Source: Tubulanus polymorphus (lineage: Eukaryota; Animalia; Nemertea). Taken from it: a stretch of 64,000 bases of DNA. Position 1 is the stretch's first letter. Every line of letters starts with the position of its first letter. Position numbers and translations under genes: made by a program. The stretch covers positions 12,742,451 through 12,806,450 of the forward strand of contig NC_134035.1 of the NCBI RefSeq assembly GCF_964204645.1, in the 5' to 3' direction. Shown here piece after piece: positions 48,991-63,740 of the stretch. The notes beneath the pieces were generated by a model. It worked only from the letters and a program-made list of their open reading frames with translations, searched no databases and had not been told where the DNA came from.

Positions 48991-50162
48991 TTTTTGCCAA
49001 AAGGACGGTTTTGTAGAGAGAGAAGTATATCAAGTCGTTAAAAGAGTTATTTCTTCAGTTTTTCTCTTTCCAACTTTCTGTTCATATTAAAAGTCGTCGA
49101 CTATATATCGGAATGAATAAATTAATTAATTTTCACAAATACATAAGTATATACGAGAACATTTTTGATTAACGGTTCAACATACCGATTAACATATTTG
49201 AGAAGGACACCCCCAATAAATAAATCTTTCTCATAACTTGTGGAAGTGGGTCCAAGTGGCCACGTCGGAAATCCTTTAGTTTACGCAGTATCGATATCAG
49301 GGGAATAATCATAAACCTTAGACACCTTTGTCACAAACGAACCTCTCCATGAAAGCTTAGCTACACGTGATAATATTCCGGTGTCGCGAATGAGTAGAAT
49401 ATGTTACACAGTCGTTATCAGCCGGGCTCGCTCGCTCCTTAAAGTACAGAATATCCCTGCGGAGATGATTGCATTACGCGCTACTATAAATATCAATCTA
49501 GAACTATTAAACAATCATTCGCCTATAATATACGGTGATATCTACTGACGATATGGCCGCCAGGTACCAATTACGATTTGCAGTTAAAAGGCTCGCGACA
49601 ATGGAGTCATCGATTGAATATAAGTTTATCAATAGTTCACCTTGGATATATCAACGTAAATGTAAATTCAATTTGGAACGTCATCAACCGCAGCTGCAAC
49701 AGTTCGTTTTATTTAACCTGTTACAGGTCGTAGTAGCGTAGGTCGCGTTAATTGACCACAGATACCGACCGGCGCTGAAACCAGAGAGGTGCCCATTTCT
49801 CACGAAACTAAGTGAGCGTCGCCTCGGAAAGCGGTAAAATTCGATTCTGGCGCGTTTTTTAGATATGAACAGGGTGGAGTCGACTGTAGTTCATATTTGA
49901 GGAGCGCGTCTCTGTAGAGAAAATCTCTAAAAGTTTCGATACAAATAAAAAAAAGTCGAAATTAAATTTCTTCTATCGCATGTCATGACTTCATGATTTC
50001 GTCGAATCATCGGCTATTTGATGAATTGAATATGTTGACGCCTCCTGCCGATCGCTGGTCATAAAATCACTTAGTTTAGAGCGAACATCCCCAGTACAAC
50101 TTTCAGCGTCAGTCACCGCACACGGATAGTTATTACTAACGATTCTAAAAACGAATGCAGAA

Positions 50163-53100
50163 ATGAACGTTTCGCTCGTGTTTAAAATCGGTGTGATTTT
50201 GATATCGAACAGCTATTCGCCGTACGATATGGAAAAATCAGGTCCGGCTATCGACATGGCCGTCGACAGGGTGAACAGGCAGTATCTGAATGACAGCTAC
50301 AGGCTGGAAACTGTGAAAATTATACACGGTTCTGTTTGCGACGCTACTCGAGCTCCAGGTAAATAAATCACTTTTATCTCTTTCTTCTCTGCTGATAGAT
50401 TATGATTTGTTTTCGCTTGCTTTATGTCGTTCGTATCATGGTTTCCCGAGACTAACTCTGTTCGATTGTTCATTTAACATTAACGAAGGGATCACAACCT
50501 GAAGTTTTGTCCACACACTGTAGGCATCATAATCAGGCGATGAGCGAAGATAAAATCAAGGAATAGTTCATATCAAATAAGAAAAAACCTTTCGGGGAAT
50601 TTCTTTCTTTTTTGCAACTAATAATTCACAATTAAAACTGTTTTCAATCTTTCCGTTTAAATTCAACTAACACTATCTTCTACCAAAAAAATTGTTCATT
50701 TCTTATAATTCACACAGAAAAAGTGTTTCAACGGGAATATGACTTGTCGATCGCGAAAAGAGTCACGTGGTAGGGATGAGGATATAATTTGAATGACAGC
50801 AGGGAATATTTCATGATAAACAATTTTCATTTCAAATTACTGCAATGATTAATTCAAACCAACCTGTGGTGACGCTGGTGACGCTAAGTTTTCAATATAA
50901 CACGATATTACATTTGAATAAAGGTCATCAGGTTGCAAATGAAATCGTCTACGATTCGTTAGGCTTCAAATTGAAAAGCATAGTTTCAGATTTTTGATTG
51001 AATTCTTTATACAGTTATTGTAGTAATGTTCTCTATATAGGAATAGCGGCTGATTTGTATCATAGAGATCACGTAGTTGGATTGATAGGTCCAGCATGTA
51101 CCTACGCGTTGGAGGCATCGGCCAGTTTGGCAGGATATTGGAATATTCCGATTATAACAGGTAAACAAACTAAATAGCTAAATTCTTCTCAGTAGAAAAA
51201 CAGCACAATCAAAAATATATGAATTTCTCATAGATCGCGGCAGTAACTGTTTCGTTATCCTAATAACATATAATAGTTATTTAATCTTTGATATGAATTT
51301 TAAAATTTGTTGATTTTAAATATTAGATTTCATATTTTTCAAAATTTTACGTACATACAAATAAATGGACTTAATTTAATGAGAATAGTGACGTTTCGAG
51401 TAGATATTGCTATGAGCTATTTCTAAAACTTTTATAAAAATAGCTCATAGAATTGGGTCGAAACTGAGTCAAATGCTGTTTTAGAATTTCCGTCTTTTCT
51501 TCAACGAATTTTCATATTTCGTGTCTATATCTCGGGCTTATATACATTTTTATGCATCGGGGTTATTAGGTCTGGGCGACGGCGGTCAGTTCAAGAACAA
51601 GACAATCTATCCGACTCTAACCCGTATGGCTTACTGTCAATGCCGTTTGAGGAAGGTTTTCGGGAGCGTTTTCTCCGAGTTTTCCTGGACTAAAATCGCC
51701 CTGATTTACGACCGAAGTCACCTTCACTCGTCAGTACTGGGCGAGACGTTAGACGTGGGTTTGAGAAAGGGTAACATCTATCCGCATGTCGTCCAGTTTT
51801 ACGGAAGTCAACAGTCGTCATATAAGGATTTATTGAAAGAAGCGAGCGAACACGCCAGAGGTGATCGATTCTATTCATTTACTGTATTTACCCTACATTA
51901 CTCTTATTAAACTCGTTAAACTGTTCGCTTTTACCTCGCACTCATTGAAGTCCATGGTTTTACAGAGAGCCCGATGTCACAACCAAACCCATAGGCATCC
52001 CTTAGCAATATAAGATTCCACATTAAGAATGAGGGGAACAGGGGCGGATCCAGCCTATTGCTGCTACCGCTTTCACGGTTTTAGAAGTGCCCGTCTATTT
52101 ATTCAAGTTATGGTTGAAATAATTTAAAACGGCCAATTTGAATAATCGAAAATGGGTTAACTTCTTATTTCTTATGAATGATTTTTCTCTAGCATGTCAG
52201 ATTTTCTGGATGCCCAAAATTGACTCAGATTGCATCAATCCCTAAAAATTCAAGATTTTCTATGATATATGTACCCTTCCATAGCTGAGCAGTACTCAAA
52301 AACCTAGGCTAGATCCACCACTGAAATAGTCAAAAATGTTTCCTTTTGCTTCCTGAGATTTATAAAATTTTGCCCGGTATAGATTTCGTTTAAACGCCCG
52401 TTGTTTGATACTGTATATATGATATTATATTTCACTGCAGTGATAGTTCTAAGCGTATCGGGTGATACGGTGCGGGCGATGATGCTCGAGGCGTTAGATC
52501 TCGGTTACATTAACGGCGATTACACGTTCATGGACGTGGAACTATTCGAGTTCGACGGCGACTATTGGGGAAATCACTCGTGGTCGCGAGGAGACGACAG
52601 AGATCAGGACGCTAAACGAGCGTTCGAAGCGCTGTTACGGGTGGCTCTGTACGAACCGAACAGCGAGGAATTTCAGAACTTCTCCGACGAAGTTAAACTC
52701 AGAGCCGAAAGAGATTACAATTACACTTTCGGGGATGAAAAGGTTCGTACATTAGCCAAGATGATTTCAACATCTAAGTCACCCTACACCTTCCTATAAC
52801 GGTATAGTATAGAGCCCCTGATTATGATCTACTATACTACGCTAGACTTCTTTCCTCCCCGACCCTCATTAACTGAATTATCATTTTACTTAAGTTAAAG
52901 ACTCGCGAACAATAACTACGAATAATTGTATCGATTCAAGAATTCAATTACCAGCTGCAACAAAATCTATGTTTCCGATCGTAATTCTTAAGTTTTATAA
53001 TTGGTGACATCTAAAAAAAAAATCTTTAAAAGTTTATTCTTAAGTAATTTAACCTAATTGATTTATCAAATTTTTAGGACATAATTTTATATAAACTGAC

Positions 53101-56100
53101 AATGGCATATAGATTATTCATTAATTTCAGGTGAATTTCTTTATCGGCGCATTTTACGACTCAGTTCTATTGTACGGATTATCGCTAAACCGATCTCTTA
53201 CTGCCGGTAACGCGGCGCTGATCAAAGACGGTTACAATTTCATTCGTCGCGAAATGTGGAACCGAACTTTCGTCGGTATCACCGAAGACGTGTTCATGGA
53301 TAAAAACGGTGACAGAGACACGAGTTATTCGGTTTTAGATATGGATCCCGTCAGCGGAAAGTTCAGGGTAAGCATGGATACCACTCTCAAACTTATCGTC
53401 GTAACCATCACCGCTCACCGGGAATAATCTTACCTTTAAAAACGTTTTATCCTTAATCGTAACGAGATACTTTGAGTCGGTTTTTAGTCGGTAAAATCCT
53501 TATTATAAATGAAAAACGGTTATAAATGAAAAACGGGTCCGAAATATTTCATCAGTTTATTTCGACATTCCAACTACATCCTAATTTAGTCATCTTCGTG
53601 AAGATCATATTGAGTATCATGTTAGATATTCCGAAATATTTCCTGAGTTTATTTCGACATTTCAACTACCGTAGATTTAGTCATCTTCGTGAAGATCATG
53701 TTAAATATTCATGAAAATTCCGAAATTAGGATTTAGTCAAAACAAACTAAAACTACTCGAAATAAACTACAACTAAAGGAAACATTCCTGACTCGTCTTT
53801 TAGTAATGTATAGGATTTTACCGTATTAACGACGTCTTCGTGTGAAAAACGTATATTCTATTTTGATGAAACCAAACTCATGCAGTTTGCGTTTCGGCTG
53901 TAAACTTCTCTTAGGAGTGTTGTTAACGATACGAGTAAAGCTGCTGTTCGTCATGAACTAAAGTGAAGCGCAGTCAGATAAACCCATTCTCTACATACGT
54001 TTTTACAAATAACAGAAGTTCTGATTGCTTAAAACCTGTTTTGAAATTCAGTTAATTCAAATAAAACAGGTCTCGGTTAGAATCATGACTTTTAAAACAT
54101 TGGAAATGATTTTGACTCAAACTTTGTTTTCGTGGAATTGGGTTTTGCGGAGTTGCGGTAAAACATTCGATGTATTTTACAAAATTGCATTACTAGAAAA
54201 AGATGATAATCTAAGATATCTTAGAATCGTGTTGATTGTGTTATTCTATAGGTGGTTTCGAATTATTGGGGAGACAAACCTGGGTTTAATGCGGTACCTG
54301 GCGTTTCGATACACTGGCCCGGGGGTAGGACAAGCCCACCACCTGATGTACCGCCATGCGGCTTTAAAAACGATAATCCACTGTGTCAACCTGAAGGTAA
54401 AGTAACGGAAGATACGAGATGATCTAAAAGTTTACTTGTCTGTCTGTTTCGAGATTCTAAGTTTAAAACCGACTATGTACACGATTTAAATGATTAAAAA
54501 GCGATTTTTTTAATTAAAAATCAAAGTCAAAAGACACAAAATTTTGAACTCTTTCTATAGATCATCGTCAGGTGTGTTATAACCTGATGACCGTCGTTAA
54601 CGAAACGTCGTGCCTTTTGATTTTAATTTTGATTCGTTTTTAATTTTTTGAATTTTGTATATTGTGGGTTTAAAACTGATAATCTATTCTCCACGTCAGA
54701 GTGTACCGGGGCTATTCCGACTATTTCTAGATTTATCTAAGTCCCGTCTCCATCAGTAAAACTGTAATTAATTAATGGGATTTAGATAAATCCCAAAACT
54801 TACAGACATCATGTGAATTGTAAAATATCATTAGGAAAATAGATTCTAAAATATCATCAATTTTGAGATTATTCATTAGAAGGTAAAAATTCCAAGAAAT
54901 TCATTACAGAAAATTCCTATCGCTCAAATTTCTTTTAAATTGTTCATATTTCTTTCAGAGAAATTATTGTCCCTAGCTACAACTGTAACAATCGTCGTGT
55001 TAGCACTATGTCTGTTCTTTACCGTAGTCGGATTCTTGATTTACAAGTAAGCATTCAATATTCATCGATTTCATATTCAAACAAATTAATTCCGAACCGA
55101 ATTTCGTTTCTTATACAAATTACGTTTTTACTTCTTTCGGCGGCGTTCACAGAAAAATGAAATACGAGAACGAACTGTCGAACGTATCGTGGCTGGTGAA
55201 ACAAGACGAGATATTACCGATGAAAGTTACCAATAAAATGAGTTCTGCTTCGTTGAAATCGATCAAAACCCAGAGCGAAAAACAAATATACACGGCGATA
55301 GCTTCGTGCCGGGTCAGCGCCAATTTAAACCGATCAATTTAACCGTCACACGTCTCCTCGTCTGGGAAACCAAACAATTAGCGAATTACTTAATTATTTA
55401 CGTGTCTTGTATTACAGGGTACAAGAGTAACTGTTAGGAATTTCGAAGATCGCGCTGTCGTTTTAGATAGAGAATTTATGACAGAAATCAAACAGGTTTG
55501 AATTGACGCTTCAATGATATATTCGGGATTCTTAGTCAAAACCTGTAGTTTCATCTCTAATGAACCGATTTCCCTGATTTTGATATGATATGATTTATTT
55601 TCTTCACGAAAATTTTTACAACTATCAAAATACATGAGATAGTCTATTTACAATATGGAGAGTGACACCGATTTTCAACTTGGTGAAATATTTACCGCAG
55701 TCCCGACGCTACCGAATAAGGTGCAGATTCTCTACTTTATTCCGGATGCTTATTCGCTACAATGCACTATGGGCGAAAGCTCGTGATGATTTCTGATAAA
55801 ATCGAGTTAACCTACACTAGAATACCTACTCATTTACCTCATGAGCTTCTCTGGTAGTGAAAGCGCGTGATTCTAATGAATCAACCTACACAGTACTAGC
55901 TACCTGTTGACTTTCTAACGAAATCAACCTACACACTGTTTACTCATTTTCCTGATGAAGTTTTTATGCACTAGTATAGTGAAACCTCCTACTTCAAACG
56001 AATTCCGTAAACCTCCAAAGTACTCCCTATTTTTGTATATTGACTCGATATCGAGTTCACGCGGCTCCACTACATCACTTTTCGCAATCTTGTACTGTAA

Positions 56101-59100
56101 TATTCCTATAGTTTCATTATTATTCTTTATTATTCTTTATTCACGAATTAAATTACACTAGAAAATTACAACAAGATATAATATAATAAAATAATGTAAT
56201 TCAAGTCGATGGACACCAGGAGAAGTTACAAACTTATATCCATAAAACATGGCCCTGGCGCCCATAGAAATCATCTCATCTCAATTAAATCTTTCGATTT
56301 CTAAGGATTGATTCGCAACGTTTTTGTTTTTCTAATCAATCATTGCAAGCGATTATAATTTTAAATGACAGGTTAGAGGTATGAGGAATGAGAATATAAA
56401 TGCGTTCGTCGGAGCTTGTTTGGATTCGTCGCCAGTGAAACTATTGATGGAATATTGTTCAAAAGGAAGTCTTCAGGTTCGTAATATCCGACGATCTCGA
56501 AAACAAAAACAAAAAAAACCCACGAATTGATTCATAACAAACAGACGAATTTCCGTCGAATTCTCAGTCAAACCAATTTCTCAATCTCTAGAATTCTGTC
56601 TTGTAGGATATACTACACAATGAAGCGATGTTGTTGGACTGGGATTTCAAGTTATCGCTGATCGAAGATCTCGTTAAGGTAAAGCAACCAAACACACTGT
56701 TTATACGGGCTACGTCGTTACTTCCTCGAGAATCGGTGTAGATACTTTTCCATATCACATGTCCAGCTTCTATCAGGGGTTGAGATTCCCCGCGTCAGCA
56801 ATCATTATTTGTTTACACTTGTTCCGTGACGTGAGATTGACGTTTTATGCTGACGATATCGTAACTTTTTTCTGACACTTACAGGAGGCGGCTCTTAATG
56901 AAGGTAATCTGCTGTAAGTTCTGGGTTCTCGTGGCGTTCGTGCATCTTGTCGTGTACCATTCACCCCTCCATAATGAGAGACCGCGGACGCTCTCAACTC
57001 AACGCGTGTCGATTTTATATACGACACCATTTTATAATAGAAATCGTGATATTTCAAATTATAAACTCAATTAACGCCGACAAAACGTTCGACTCGGATA
57101 TCGATTGGTACATGCTTCAAACCGCAACGAAAAACGATGTAGTGAGAAAATCGTGCAATCGAATAAAATCGTTCGGTTTCCGTTTAATGATTTCTGCGCG
57201 TTTGATCTATAAATTCAGAGTCTAGGCATTAATCGATGTTACAATTGTGTCCCAATTACCGCGGTATGACGACCGGTAATTGGAATAATTTGCTTCACAT
57301 CTCACCTCATAGTATAGGTTTTTCTATACATAGAACCTACACACCGTAGACGCACCCGCAGAAAGGCTTACCTTAAACCTACCGCGGTTGTGTTCTCGGT
57401 GCCCATGGCTTTACTTGTAGAGATGCCACTTTAGTAAACTATTTGTGTATTACTTTCACCAAGAACCTAATACCTGATGTGTCACAGTACCACAATTGGG
57501 TACCTTAAGATTGTGGAGCGCGGTAGGGCACAGCGGGTTCATACATCTACTTGTGAACGTCCTGCCCTCTCTTTCCTTCACCAAGAACCAAGTCTGATGT
57601 GTCCCACAGTTGGGCAAAAAACTAGGATCGTGGAGTGTCGCAGAGCGTCCACTGTGGATACAACCACTTGCAGGACTGGATGAATTACTACCCTACCTCA
57701 TTACGGTTCCCCATCTATTTACAGGGAATGTGTTATTTACACAGTTCATCGCTGAAATCTCACGGAAGACTTCACTCGTCAAACTGTGTTATAGACAGTA
57801 GATTCATTCTGAAAATTACTGATTACGGAATTCCGTCATTGTTCACTAGTAAAAACAACGACAATTTCAACTATAAAAGTAAGCAAAATTATCAGCTTAA
57901 AGCGACCAGTGATATTATCGTATTGAAATTAGCTTCGATCACGCCGACCACATTTACATGTCTACAGTTATATGTTCGTAAACCTCACTGTGTTGCCCTC
58001 TAGTCTCTAACCCCGTCCAGTGGGCCCAACTACTTAGACATGAACGCAAATTGAAGATATAACCCCTTATCCTATACAGGTGGGAGTTTCCATATAAATA
58101 ACGATGATGGGTGACGCAAATTCACGAGAGGATGTTAATAACCCCCTCACTCTACAGGTGATAACTTCCTTAAAGATAATCATATGGTGATGGATATAGC
58201 AGACAAATAATAACCGTAATTTAGAATTTGTCGTTCACGCACTGGCTGCCACATTCAAACTGAACCTTACTGTGTGTTACCCTGCTTCTAATAGTTAAGT
58301 TGGCCAAACCAAATCTGAACGCAAATTCTTGCCGAGAGGATATAACCCCCTTATTCTACTGGTGGGCGATGCCATGCAGATCATAATGATGAGAATAACT
58401 GACAAATAATGATATTACCGCCGTTGACAAACTGGCTGCCTCCATCTGGTTATCAACAACAACTGGTAAACACTCTGTTCGTACCATATTTCAATACCCT
58501 CTAAATTTTTCGTAGAAAATCTGTGGATCGCGCCCGAACTACTGAGACAGTCAAGTCCGGTGAACGGTACACAGAAAGGCGATGTCTACAGCTTCGCGAT
58601 TATTCTCGAAGAGATCGCTCATAACGGCGGTCCGTTCGAGGAGGAGTCGACCACTTTATCCGATAGAGGTAAAATTCATTTCAATGAAATATATTCAATC
58701 AGTTTGAATCGATCTTCTCCGAGTCTCGAATTGCGTTTTACAGAAATCGTCGAAAAAGTGGAGAAAGGACATTTTCGTCCGTCTGTAGCCGAGGGTTTGT
58801 GTTCTGCGGAAATGCTGGAATTAATGAAGCAATGTTGGGCTGAAGATCCACTGATTAGACCTGAATTCACAGCTATTAAACAAACTGTACGCAAAATGAA
58901 CAGGTTAGAGGTGACCCTGGTGCCAGTCAGTAGTATAGACTGTACCAAAGACCCAATTCCGAATTTGTCACTGTGACTTCATAATCACGATTACACGAAT
59001 TTCTAAACTGTCGCTCCAAGTTCTGGTGGTACAATTTTTGTATCTTATTCCATCGTAACACAGAGTACTTTTTACAATAAATATGAGAAAATGAAGACAA

Positions 59101-61544
59101 TAACAATTGTCATTACAGAATTATAGAAAACCATCAGAATCTTTGATCTAAATTCGCTCGTTTATTTGCAGCGGTAGAAGTGCAAATATTCTGGACAATC
59201 TATTGAGACGGATGGAACAATACGCGTCGAATCTAGAGACACTGGTTGAAGAACGAACTCTTGAAGTGATCGATGAAAAGAGACGATCGGAAGAGTTGTT
59301 GTACGCTATTTTACCCAAGTAAGTTTTTCCATAGTTGTACTTCTTAATTTGTAGATACGAAAACAAACTTTTGAAACATAATTTAGAAAAAGTGTCAATT
59401 TTTATATTTTGGAAATCATTCAAATCAAAAATTATAGCTGTTGTTTCAATTGATTTGAATTCTTCGTATTCATTTTCTAAAAAGCCGGTCACTGGGTCTC
59501 GCCAATCCAGGGTTTATGGGTTCAAACCCTGGTGGCGACAGAGTTTCTTGGTCGAAGGTTATTCTCTGGTCTCTCCCCCATTGGGAAAAAAAAAACATCG
59601 AACCCGCTAATAATGCCCTACGTGGCGCTTAGCGGGTTGGGGATGTTAAAAAAAAATTTTCTAAAAAGTTGTGAGATATTCTAATCACTCAAATATTGAA
59701 TATCATATATTTTTGTTATACAATTTTCTTATTCAGATCTGTTGCGCATGAGTTGATTGCTGGTAAAACTATCGAACCGGAAAGTTTCGAATCAGTAACG
59801 ATTTATTTCAGCGATATCGTAGGTTTTACCAAACTATCCGCAGAAAGTTCACCTATACAGGTTAGTAGAGGGGCGTAGATGAGATATCTAGCCCAATTTG
59901 AAACCGATTTCCACCGAATGAGTTGTGGAGAAGCTATGTTAACAATCGGACAAGTACTTTGAAGATTAACAAGATTTTATTAAATTGGCGACCTTTCCTA
60001 GCCTACGAGCTAGCGGTGTGGGCGAATGGTCAGAGCTTTCGACTCCGGGAAGCCAGGTCGTGGGTTCGAACCCCGTACCGTAGTGTCCTCGGCCGAGACA
60101 ATGAGTAGGTATCTGGTTCTCTGATTCTTTTTATCAAATATTCTAATATTTTCAGGTCGTAAACTTTTTGAACAAATTATACGTGTGTTTTGACGCTATA
60201 ATCGGCGATTTCGACGTCTACAAGGTATGAATAATTACACTATACTTTACTGAACTTTAAAGACAAATAGGGAGACCGGTCATGTATAGCCCTAGATCAG
60301 CTGAGCAATGATTTAAATATCCGTTGATGAATCCTAGATACCTCATTACTGATATAGGTAGAAACGATTGGTGACGCCTACATGGTCGTGTCGGGCCTAC
60401 CGGTTAGAAACGGCAACCAACACGCGGCCGAAATCTGCAGAATGGCGCTGAAAACACGTCACAGCGTCGAATCTTTCCGGGTCGACCATAGACCACAACA
60501 TCAGTTACAAATACGAATTGGAATACACTCTGGTAATACGTCTTATTCATAGATAAGAAATTGAAACGATAAAAAAACTGTAACGATAAATTCTGATTAG
60601 GAAATCATTGTAATCGTGTATGTTTTCATTTAAGTTCAAGGTTGATAATAAAAACTGCTAATTGGCTCCATATGTCGTGACGTCACTGTAAACGATTAAT
60701 GACGTCACAATGTTCCGAGGTCAAATTTTTATGAAAGTCTATTTCATGAAATATTTATCCATTTATCAAAAATTTCCTGATAACGAAGTTCGTCATCCCG
60801 ATATTATTTTCAGGGTCATTATAACGAAGGTTACATAAATGATTTTGTCTATTTGCTATTATTTTCAGGGCCGGTCGTAGCGGGTGTGGTCGGGTTGAAG
60901 ATGCCTCGTTATTGTCTGTTCGGAGATACTGTGAATACCGCGTCCAGAATGGAATCGAACGGACTACGTGAGTTAAAACGCCCAAACAAACTAATATAAT
61001 AGTCACACACTAAGAAAATATGATATAAAATACATATTCGCTAGATCGTTAGAATACGGCCCATTTCTATTTCAGCTCTGAGGATACATCTGAGTCCATG
61101 TACGAAATCGATGTTAGACGAACTAGGCGGCTTCACCACATCCCAGAGAGGAGATATTGAAATGAAAGTAAGAAGCCCGCAAGCAACAGGAGCCGTTCGA
61201 ATTTCATTTAGTTATGAACTCGAACTTCGAGAGATTTTGTTGTAAAGACCATGACTTAGTCATGTGAAATGAACACTGTTACCGGCATGGTCAACTAACT
61301 TATCATTCGATATTCGCTTTTCAACTAAAACTAGCTTCATATGCAGCTACACTAACTCCCACTATTTCTGTCCCAACAGGTTTATATTCATTCATGACTG
61401 AACTACGTCTACCCCCGAAGGACATTGATTCCCAGAGAGAATAAAACTGGTTTATTCGGAATTAATCTTGATGTTTTATCCACTGTTTTATTTCAGGGCA
61501 AAGGAATAATGAGCACATATTGGTTAGAAGATATCGGATACTAG
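50163..61544 (+). CDS. Receptor guanylate cyclase, natriuretic peptide receptor (NPR-A/B)-like
   Basis: Exons 50163-50358, 51041-51160, 51570-51860, 52441-52742, 53131-53367, 54252-54396, 54959-55046, 55153-55312, 55418-55495, 56372-56476, 56607-56678, 57725-57878, 58516-58668, 58744-58903, 59172-59318, 59737-59860, 60156-60224, 60358-60532, 60869-60967, 61076-61167, 61497-61544. Domains: ANF-receptor ([13 protein letters not shown]), [12 protein letters not shown], kinase-homology ([15 protein letters not shown]), cyclase ([38 protein letters not shown]). The true start is unresolved. Confidence 0.93.
52039..52323. mobile_element. MITE-like element (CAGGGGCGGATCCAG TIR)
   Basis: caggggcggatccagcc...ggctagatccaccactg. 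Confidence 0.6.
54461..54678. mobile_element. Degenerate hammerhead-bearing foldback element
   Basis: Imperfect palindrome centred on tcatcgtcagg...cctgatga...cgaaacgtcgtg, ending tgtgggttt like the other copies. Confidence 0.5.
60008..60085 (+). mobile_element. tRNA-derived SINE head
   Basis: A-box-like TGGGCGAATGG and B box GGTTCGAACCC. Confidence 0.5.
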
Positions 61545-63630
61545 CCGGATACGAGCCTATTACTGGTGGCCACAACTTCAAGGTTCCACTACATTCCAAA
61601 ACTTATACGTTCAATAATTTCTACATGTAAGACCTGAGCGTCATATTATATTCCAACGGGAACAGAAATATTTTCTCTACACTTTTCGAGTGAAATTATA
61701 TTTCGTAAAATATGAATAAAATCATATACATGTTTTACTCACTTGGTTTTTTGTATTCGCCCTTTCCTATGAGTTGGAGCGGGTCTATCTACTTATACAT
61801 CCGTCTTGTGGTCGTCTGACTTACAGAGTGTCAACTAGAATGGTGAAATAACCTATGGCTTCATATTGTTCAATTTATTGAATATCGTGTAGAGAGAAAG
61901 AGGTCGGGTTTAACTTCTCCCGCGCAATGATTCAAATGATGGCAAAGTGCCCAACCGGTGCTGGTCAAAACGAAATGAAATGCATTTTTAGCGGATTTAT
62001 CTTTCAATCTTCACGCATTGAAACCGAATTCAAAAGTATTTAAGATGATTGCGACTTTTTACGGTTTCAGTAGATCCAGGGTCAGGCTGCAAGGGAAGAC
62101 AGGGACCCAGACACCCGAAACCACTCCTCAGATCGGCCTATTAATCAACAGTATTTCATGCATTAACCTATTATGTAAAATCTTCATTATTTCATTGATT
62201 ACAAGCAGTTAAAATTCAAATCAATATTAAAACATTTCTATGCACAAGTTCATTTATCTTCCACTGATTTATGTTACAATTGTATTGAATATTTGTGACA
62301 ATGAATTAAATTTTTCATCCGCTATCGATTCATTATTGTTTGCAAACCACCGCGGTTTGTCTTATTTTCATTAATAAAAAGTGATTGAATTTAAAGAAAG
62401 TGTCGTTCTATCGGTGAAACAATCTAGAAAAAACTGTGGTTTCTGCTTACTAACACTATGAATTGCAACATTCAAACATGGAGTACTCTTATTTGGTGGA
62501 CGATTGTGCATTCAAGCGGGAAATTATTCACATATCATTTAATAAATCCTCATAGCCGATATTCTCTTCTTTCGGATACTTTTTACCGTTTTCGTTTACC
62601 TTAGATATCAGCTGAGATATGATCGTTTAAATAGATGGTATCGTTCGGCAATATTTGTGTTACCTTACATGTGCGGTTCGGTGCGCGTTTCCCTGTCTCC
62701 CTTACCCCGAAAACATATTCTCTGATACGATTCCACTATTTCTACTCTTTTGAAACTAATCTGTCATGGAAAAATTGCCAGTCAGCGCTGTTTTTTAGAG
62801 AATTTCAGAATTTTGCCCGAGTCCGGCCCGCCAATCGGTAAATAGTTTGTCCAGTACGCTGGTTAAAAGTGTCTGGCAAGCGAGTACGATGTTAGTTCGC
62901 GTTTTCCCCGCTATCGTTATGCATAGGGGCAGCACTAGACGGTCGAGATCTGACACCACTGTGGCGGGCGAATTAAAGAAAAGTAGTGTTAATTGCCAAT
63001 TCCATCGACGGCAATGCTTTATTTAGTGACATTATTTGTTTAATAAGAGGCTATGGTAAATGAATTCTTATGTATTGAGTGGTGCATCTAAAAGTCTTGC
63101 AAAAAAGTGTCCTGTGCAGTTAGCTCAGTTATATGCTATATTAATAAGTGGATGACTTGGAACCAAGTGGTTCGAAACCACCTCTGGCGTTGGCTGTCAA
63201 GACACATATGTGGACTAAGCTCAGCTTAGTCATGTTGTGATTAATAAAAACCAAAAAAGGCCCCAGCCGTCCCTTAAGACACACAAGGGTTACAATGTTA
63301 TCTGCAGTAGGCCAGGGTCGTAAAACTATCAACCTGGAAAAAACTTAACTGTTCGCATGATAACCTCACTTGTCTCAGAACAATTTAAGTTAAAAAACAA
63401 TAAAGAAATTTGTGTCAGTTTTTTCCAATCATTTTTATTCCATTGATGTATTACAATATAATTCCACCATTCATTGTGTTGTTGTTATCATTGTGATGTC
63501 ATTGTTTTTTTCTTATTACATAGTATTTATCATACATTTTTAAGTCATGGCGCGTGTAACGACGACTTGCGACTTAAAAACTGAACCTGAATATAACACA
63601 AACAAGTCTTATAAAAGTTGTTAAACATCA

Positions 63631-63740
63631 GGACCCAGTTCCACAGTTGTGCGTTAGAGTTAACTCTTGAGTTAAAGTTAGTTCATTTTCAATGTTTTAA
63701 CCCAGGGTCAAATCTTAACTCAGAACTGTGGAACTGGACC
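63631..63740. mobile_element. 110-bp MITE, same family as 44802-44911
   Basis: ggacccagttccacagtt...aactgtggaactggacc. Confidence 0.8.
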
